Shown here: one piece after another, positions 11,301 through 20,300 of the stretch | Numbering within the stretch: the stretch's first letter is position 1 | Layout: every line of letters starts with the position of its first letter | Virus record (IMG/VR): IMGVR_UViG_3300020424_000652 | DNA length: 64,000 nt | Source: a virus | Reading direction: 5' to 3' (one strand) | The notes under the pieces: generated by a model | What the model was told of the DNA's origin: nothing | What the model saw: the letters and a program-made list of their open reading frames with translations, nothing else | Database searches by the model: none | Program-made: the position numbers and the translations under genes

Positions 11301-14300
11301 ATGAAAATACTGACGGAAGTTACATTCCGCAAACTCCTACAAAGCTAGGTTTGTATCCTAAATTTAAGCCAGAAATTTTTGTAGACAACACTTACCAAAC
11401 TCCTACAAAAGTTATTCAAGGACATGATGGAAGTATATTTGTTGCTTACAATGATTTTAGAGACGACTTATTACTTGAATTAGAAAAAAGAATTTACAAT
11501 AATATAAAGGTAGAATATGATGTTGACATTGTAAACATACATGACTTCATTGGCGGAGAATCAAGAGATACAGGATTCAGTAGAGCGGCCAGAGACAAAG
11601 CATTACTACCTGACTTTGTTGAATGGAACAGAGCAGTAGGTGATCCAGATTACACAGACTTTTCTTTCTGGTCAAGAACTAATAGTTTTACATACAATTA
11701 TAAAAATACTAGTTCACCAACGCAAAAAACAAATCCAGGTTATTGGAGAGCAGTTTACAAAGAAGCATATGATACTGATCGTCCGCATACGCATCCATGG
11801 GAAATATTAGGATATAGCGAAGAGCCAACTTGGTGGCAAACTGTTTATGGTGCGGCTCCTTATACAAGTGAAAATAAAATACTTTGGCAAGACATAGAAA
11901 AAGGTGCTTACAGAATACCTAATGTGCCAATGGTTTACAACGAAAAATATGCACGACCAAACATAACAAAGCATATACCAGTTGATGATGGCGGTAACCT
12001 ATTAAGTCCATTAGACAGTAACTATGCAAAAAATTATATAAGCAATAGAACGCAAGAACCTTTTGTGTTTGGTGATCAAGCACCAACTGAAAATGCTTGG
12101 CGTAGAAGTTCTGAATATCCTTTTAGTTTAGTAACTGCATGGATATTAAACCAACCTACAAAAATTATTGGTTTAGGATTAGACAGATCAAGACTTAAAA
12201 GGAATCTTGCTAAAGAAATAATTTATACAGAAACTAGTAAAAGATTAAGATTAAAAGATATTGTGTTTCCTAACACAGTATCTGATACTGAACGTGTACA
12301 AACAGCAGGTTTGATAAACTATGTCGCAGAGTACATGAATAGTAAAACTGTAAAATACTATAACAACTATCAAACTGATTTGAAGAGTATTACTAATCAA
12401 TTAGGATTAAAGATAGGCGGGTTTACTGATAAAGCTAAATTCAAACTTATACTTGATAGCAGAACTCCATACAATGAAGGCAATGTTTTTGTACCAGATG
12501 AAAACTATCAAATATTTTTAAACAAGAGTAGTGTAGTTGACCTTGTGCCTTACAGTGGTGTTATAATTGAGAAAGTAGCAAGTGGCTTTATTATTAAAGG
12601 TTATGATTATGACAATCCTTACTTTAAATATATCACACCAATTGAACTTGCAGATGATCCGTTGGTAAGTGTTGGCGGAGTTAGCGAAGACTTTGTTAGC
12701 TGGACATCAGGACAAGTTTATTCACCAGGATTTATTGTAAAATTTGCAGACGAGTTTTACATGACAGAAACTTTGCATACTGCTGGTGATAGTTTTGAAC
12801 AAGCAAACTTTGTAAGATTATCAGAACTTCCTGTAAAAGGAGGCAGACAAGCATTTTTCAGACGTCAATGGAACGAAGGAATAAATCAACAACCAACTGA
12901 ATTAGCTTATGGTACACAAATTAGAACTATACAGGGAGTTGTCGACTTCTTGTTAGGATATGAAAGATATTTAAAATCACAAGGTTTTATATTTGAAAAT
13001 TACAATAAAGAAATAAACGAAGTTGAAGATTGGTCTTTAAGTGCAAAAGAATTCATGTTTTGGACTACACAAAACTGGCAAGCCAATAGTGTAATTACAT
13101 TAAGCCCGGGAGCAATTAATTTACAATTTTATAGAAAGTATCATGTTGCAGATAATTTGTTTGATAATTTTTATGGATACAACTTATTCAAAGCAGACGG
13201 TAAAAAATTATTACAAGCAAACGTAAATGTTTATAGAGATAATGATAACAATTTAGGTATATCAACTAAGAATACAACAGATGGAGTCTTTGCTGTTAAA
13301 GTTCCTTTGGTACAAATTGAACACGTTTGTTTACTTGACAACAGAACTGTGTTCAGTGATTTCATCTATGATTTAGAACCTGGTTATAGACAAGAACGTA
13401 TTAAGGTACTGGGTTACAGAACAGATGACTGGACAGGTGGTTTAAATATTCCAGGATTTGTATATGATGACGTAAACATTTCAGAATGGGATTCATGGAA
13501 AGATTATGCTATAGGCGATACAGTAAAATATAAAGAGTTTTATTACGTTGCAAAACAAAAGATTCCAGGCAAAGAAGTTTTTGTTGATACTGATTGGCAA
13601 AGACTAAACGGAGCACCACAGTCTGGGTTACAAGCAAACTTAGATTACAAAGCAAAACAATTTGCAGACTTTTACGATCTTGACACGGATAATTTTGATA
13701 CAGATCAACAAAGGGTAGCACAGCATCTTATTGGATATCAAAAAAGAAAATATTTAGAAAACATTATCAATGATGATGTAAGTCAATACAAATTTTATCA
13801 AGGCTTTATACAAGATAAAGGAACACTCAATAGTTTAACTAAATTGTTTGATGCTTTATCTAACACAGATAATGATAGTGTTAATTTTTATGAAGAATGG
13901 GCAGTAAGATTAGGACAGTTAGGTTCATCGCAATCTTTTGAAGAAGTTGAGTATAAGCTAGATGAAAGTAAATTTAGATTAAGTCCACAGCCGGTCGAAT
14001 TAGTACAAACAGTTACAGGTGACGAAACTGATTTAATTTATAGACAAAGACCATTTGAAACTTATTTAAAACCAGATGGTTACGATCATAGTCCTTTTCC
14101 AACAAAGTATAAAGATGACGATTACATAGAGACTGCTGGTTATGTCAATAGTGCAGATGTCAAACAAACAGTTGCAAAATATGACGATATTCTAAATTTA
14201 ACTCTTACAACTTTAAATGTAGGAGATTACATTTGGACAGGAACAAGTAAAACAGATGACTGGGACGTTCTGAAATACGTAAGAACAAATGACAAGGTTG

Positions 14301-17300
14301 TAAAAGTTACTAAAAATGGAACCACAAATGAAGTTGAAATACAACTTAATAACCAAGCAAATTATGTCAAAGATGATATCATTGGTATTGTTGATGTTGC
14401 AGATACTGAAAAGTTTTTCAAAGTATTAAGATCTGAATTAGATACTGTATTCTGTACAGACAATGGTGAAACTTCAGATGTAGAAACTGCAAACGGCTTT
14501 GTAACAACATTTACATCTGCAAGAGTTGCCAACCTAGAAGAAGCAAACACAAGATTGTTTGCTGGTGAATTCCAAGTTGGTGAATTACTTTGGGTAGACA
14601 ATGATAGCACCAACCGTTGGATTGTTTTAAAGAATACACCGCAACACAGCGAGTTACAAGTTATTAGTAACGTTGAAACTGGAGACTCAAGTACAAACTT
14701 TGGAAAAGTAATTGGTGCTGATGATAGAAATACAACTCTTGTTGTTGGTGCAAGTGAATCAAACAAGGTTTACATATTCCAAAGAACAAACGATAACACA
14801 ACTTATAATCATGCACAGACGCTTGATGCTCCTGCAAATTTATACACAGGTGATGGTAAGTTTGGTACAGGGTTAGATATAAGTTCAGATGCTAAATGGA
14901 TTGTAATTGGAGCACCAAATGCCAGCAACGCAAAAACAAAATTCAAAGGCACATTTGCAAGTAATGTAAGCTACACAGAAAAAGATATTATACAATATCA
15001 AGAAAACTTTTGGGAGGCACAATTTCCTATTTCTGCGGCACAGGGAACACTTACTTTTGATAGCTTCTATGATCCTACACAGTTAGCAAAATCAACATGG
15101 ACAGGCACAGCTTATCCAGAGATAGTTTATGCAATAAGAGGAAATTATAATTTTAATTTGCCAACGGATCATATTTTAGTTAGGGCACCTACTGTTCAAT
15201 ACGAAGGATCAGCAGTAGGAGATACATTAGTATTCAATTGGAAACAATATTCTCAAAACTATCCAAATGGCATTTTACCTTTTGGATCATCAGGACCTGC
15301 AATCAGTGAACTTGAAGGAAACAAAATTATACAAGCAAAAGTTGATGCTGTATTATATTTTGATAATCTTTTAAGAACGCCACAGGTAGGAGATCTAATT
15401 AGCACAGGATCAGCGATAGGAACTGTAAATGCAATCAGTGTACAGAACGTAAACCAAGCAGTGATTTACATCAGTAACATGAACGGACAGTTTTTAGCAA
15501 GTGATTCAGCAACACTTGGTGGCGTAGCAATGGGTACATACACATTGGTAGAACCTGTAAATTCACAAGCGTCATTTGGTGGTTGGTGGAAAATAGATGT
15601 TGCAACTTCTTTCAACACAACAGTTAAAACAATTACTACACCACAGTTTGTAATACAGGATATCATCACCCAAAATGAAAGCAAGTCTGCAGAAATTTAT
15701 TACAACACAATGGATGATGTTTATGCTTTAAACCAAGTTACTGATCCAACCAAAGGCGGAAGGTTAGGACATTTAAGTTTCTACAATAAACAAGGACAGT
15801 CAGACATGAGTCCATTCTGGTTCTTTAGAGGACCTAAGGCTTGGACGGATACTTTAAATGTAGCCAATACGTTTACAATGAGAGTAAATGAAATAAGAGG
15901 CGGAGCAGGATTAACTTTATATGATCCAGGTGTGCTTGGATTATCTTTCACTTATCTCAATGACACTTTACATACTGTTTATGATTTATGGGACGGATTT
16001 GTTGATGTAACATTTACAAATTTTGACAACAATGGTAATCCTTTTATTCCACAGGTGGGTGATATAATTGTTGACCAACAGTCAGGAGCAACTGCCACAG
16101 TGGCTTATCTACAGGAACAGTTATTAGATTGTAGATTGTATGTCAAAAATAGAAGTGGGTCATTTAAGTTTGGTAATTTACACAGTGATACAAGCACCAT
16201 TGCAATCAAAGATGGCGTAAGTGCGGGAGTTGATAGACTTTCAGGTAGACTTGACAATGCAAATATGTCTGGAAGTATTGCAGGTAAACTTGTTGTTGTT
16301 AAAAACACAGATAGTACAATGTTGCCTGTTACTGTACCAACATTTAGAGATGAATTAGAAATTTATGTTTACAACAATAGAACAGTAAATGGTGTTGCAA
16401 GAACGCCTAACACTCCTAATCCTTTAAACAAAGACTGGGCTCAAGTGTCTGCTTTAAAATTAGATACGACTGGAACTCCTAGTAGCTTTACAAATGAAGG
16501 AGCATATTTTGTTTACGAAAGAATGGGAACAGGACTTTACAGTTTCCAACATGGTTACACAAATCCTCAAAGAGAGTCAAGCAGATTCTTAGGAACTATT
16601 GTCAAGTTAACAAAATCTACACAAAGCGAATTGTATAGATTATTTGTTTCTGCTCCAGGTAACAATACAACAAGTAACAGTGGTAGAATACATCTAGTCA
16701 CACATGGTAGAGATACTGACGGTACAACTTATGAATGGGCTAGAAGTAAAAACTATTACTTCAAGGGTGAATTCAGTGATTCTATTCCTTACTACACAAA
16801 CGATATTGTGTTGTATAATGGAGCATTTTATGAAGCAAAAACAAACTTAACCGCAGGTGCTTGGGACGTAACATACTGGACATTAATTGATGCGTTCATT
16901 GACTACATAGGCTATCTACCAAATGATACTAATCTAGCAGTTACTGATGATAGCACGTTTGAAAAAACAAACTTAACAAATTATGCACACCCATTTGCAG
17001 TTGCAAAATTTGGTGACGTGATTGCAACTGTGGCTGACTTTGACAACAGCGATCCTAAAATTATAATTTATAGATTTATTAGAGGACATTATGGATTCTC
17101 ACAAATGATACCAGCACCAGTCAATGGCATAGGGTTTGGATCAAGTATTGCTGTAAGCGATGACGGTTCAATGGTTGCCGTTGGTGCACCTTTGGCAGAT
17201 GATAGAGCAAATGACAATGGTAAGGTATTTGTATACACAAACAATCTTGGAACGTTTAGTTTAACACAAACATTGTATAGTCCAGAAAAAGATGTTGCTG

Positions 17301-20300
17301 AAAGATTTGGAGCCGCTATAGACTTCAATGGCAATGATTTAGTTGTAAGTTCAAAGGGTGGTGACCTTGTTACAAACACAACGTTTGACAACCTTACAAC
17401 AACTTTTGACAATAACCTAACACAATTTGAAAAAGTAAACAGTGATAGTGGTCAGGTGTTTATGTATCAACAGGTAAAAAACAAATTGCTATACGCAGAA
17501 AAATTTAATTACAAAAATCCTGCAACTGAAAGATTTGGTGAATTCTTGTTGTTTAATGAAAACCACGTTTATGTACCAATGCCAGAACTGTCCATCACAG
17601 ATGATAACTTTATTGGAACATTAATTGATTTCAAGAGAACACGTGATATTATGCCTTGGGCAGTTTTACACAGTCCATTGGATCAAGTTGATCTAACAAA
17701 ATTCAAAGGGGTGTTCATATATAATATCTCAGAAAATCCTGTTGCAAGAGCAATAGATTATATTGATCCTATACAAGGAAAGATAGCTGGAGCGGCGGAA
17801 GAAGAACTTACTTTCAAAACGCATTATGATCCAGCAGTATACACTAACGGTACAGCTTCGCCAACAACTGTAATTGATTCAGAAAATTATTGGAATGACA
17901 AATGGGTTGGAAGACTATGGTGGGATCTAAGCACAGCTAAATTTGTAAATCCTTATCAAGGAAATATAATCTATAATACAGCTAATTGGAACAAGTTATT
18001 TACAGGAGCATCAATTGATGTTTATGAATGGGTTGAAACAACACTTACTCCTACCCAGTGGGCCGCACAGGCAGATACAGAGGAAGGACTCACAAAAGGA
18101 ATAAGTGGTACTCCTAAAGACACATCAACATTTGTACAGATACAAAAATTTGATAGTGTTGCAAAGAGCTTTTTCAACAAATATTACTATTGGGTAAAAA
18201 ATACAAAAATTATTCCTCAGGTAACGTTTAGAAAAACATCTGCTTATGATGTTGCACAATTAATTCAAGATCCTGCAGGACAAGGACAAAGATTTGTTGC
18301 ACTTTACTCTGACAGCAGATTTGGTTTATACAACTGTGAAACACTTGTAAGTGGACCTGAAAATGCAATCAACTTTAGATACTGGACTATTGAAAACAAA
18401 GAAATCAATACTCATAATCAATATCAATTGATCACTGAAGGTTTAGATACAAGCAGACCAAACAGAGATCTTGAACGCAAATGGTATGACAGTTTAATAG
18501 GTGTAGACACCAACGAAAGACCTGTACCAGATACTGTGTTAAGTCCTAAACAAGCATATGGTATTTTAGACAGACCAAGACAAAGTATGTTTAAAAATAA
18601 AACAGAAGCATTAAAGCAAACTATAGAAAGAGCAAATAGAGTTTTACTACAAAACTTAATTGTAGATGAATACAACTTGACACAGTTCTTAAGTAAAGAT
18701 CCAACACCTACTTTGTTAAGTAGGAAGTATGACAAAGCAATTGACACTTATGCGGAAATAGGTTTAGTAGGAGTTTCCAATGTTATTCCTGCTGTCCTTA
18801 CTCCAGTGTTTGTTAACGGAAAACTTACAAGGGTAGATATTACAAACGGTGGTAAAGGTTACATCACTGTTCCTACATATGAGTTTGGTAATGTTGGCAA
18901 TGGAACTGATGCAGAAATTACTTTGACAATGGATGCCAATGGTACTATCACAAGTGCAACAGTAAAAAATGAAGGACAAGATTATGGACCTAACACAACA
19001 CTTGAAGTTAGAAAATATAGTGTATTGGTTAGAACAGATGAAAGTGTAAATTCAAGATGGTCCATATACGCATATCAAAGTGTTTCTAAAACTTGGTCAA
19101 GAACTACAAGTTCTGCATATGATGTAACACAATGGTGGAGTTACACTGATTGGTATGATGTTGGATACAGTGAATTCACTGAAGTTGATTATTTGATTGA
19201 TTACTCATATGAACTTGATTCATTGACTGACCAAGTAGGTGATATTGTAAAAATTTCAACCATAGGTTCAGGTGGTTGGTTGTTGTTAGAAAAAATTAGC
19301 AACGATGGTTCAGACTACACAACAAAATATAAAACAGTTGGTAGAGAAAATGGAACTATTAGATTAAGCAACAGCTTGTATGATAGTGCTAATAGTAACA
19401 TAGGTTATGATGGATTAAGTTATGATACATCATTCTATGATAATCAACCAACTAGAGAATTAAGAATTATTTTAGAATCCTTAAGAGATGATATATTCAT
19501 TAACGATCTTGCTGTTGAATACAACAAGATGTTTTTTGCAAGTGTTAGATATGCTTTCTCAGAACAAGCAAATATTGATTGGGCATTTAAAACAAGTTTC
19601 ATAAAAGCAAAACACAATGCAGGAGATTTACAACAAAAAGTTAATTTCCAAAATGATAACTTACCAAGTTACGAGGATTTTGTTAAAGAAACTAAACCTT
19701 ATAAAACAAAAATTAGAGAATATGTTAGTAACTATACAAAAACAGAATTAACAAACAGTGGTGTTACAGACTTTGATATTCCTCCGGCATACAGCATCAA
19801 TGATGGTAAGATTGTACCTGCAAGTCTAAAAGTTAATAATGATTTAATTGTAGGTCAAGATGCTTCTATTACAACTTACCCTAACAAATATTGGGCTGAC
19901 AATGTTGGATTTGAAGTATTAAGAGTAAACATCAAGAATGGTGGTACACAATATTTAGAAACTCCTTTAGTTAAATTTGTAGGTGGAGGTGGTAGCGGTG
20001 CTGTGGCAAAAGCAACACTTGGTACAAATGGAACAATCAAATATATTACTGTAACAAATCCAGGTAGAGGATATCTGTCTGCTCCAACTGTAACCATTGA
20101 AGGAACTCAAGACACATCTGGAATACCAGCAGTTGTATCAGCTCAACTAGGAAACAGTAAAGTAAGATCTAATCATATAGTAAGTAAATTTGATAGAGTA
20201 ACAGGAACGTTCTTAATTACAACATTAACGGAAGTTGAAAACTTTACTGGCACAGGCAGTCAAACAATTTTTGATCTTAAGTTTCCTATGGATCTAAGAA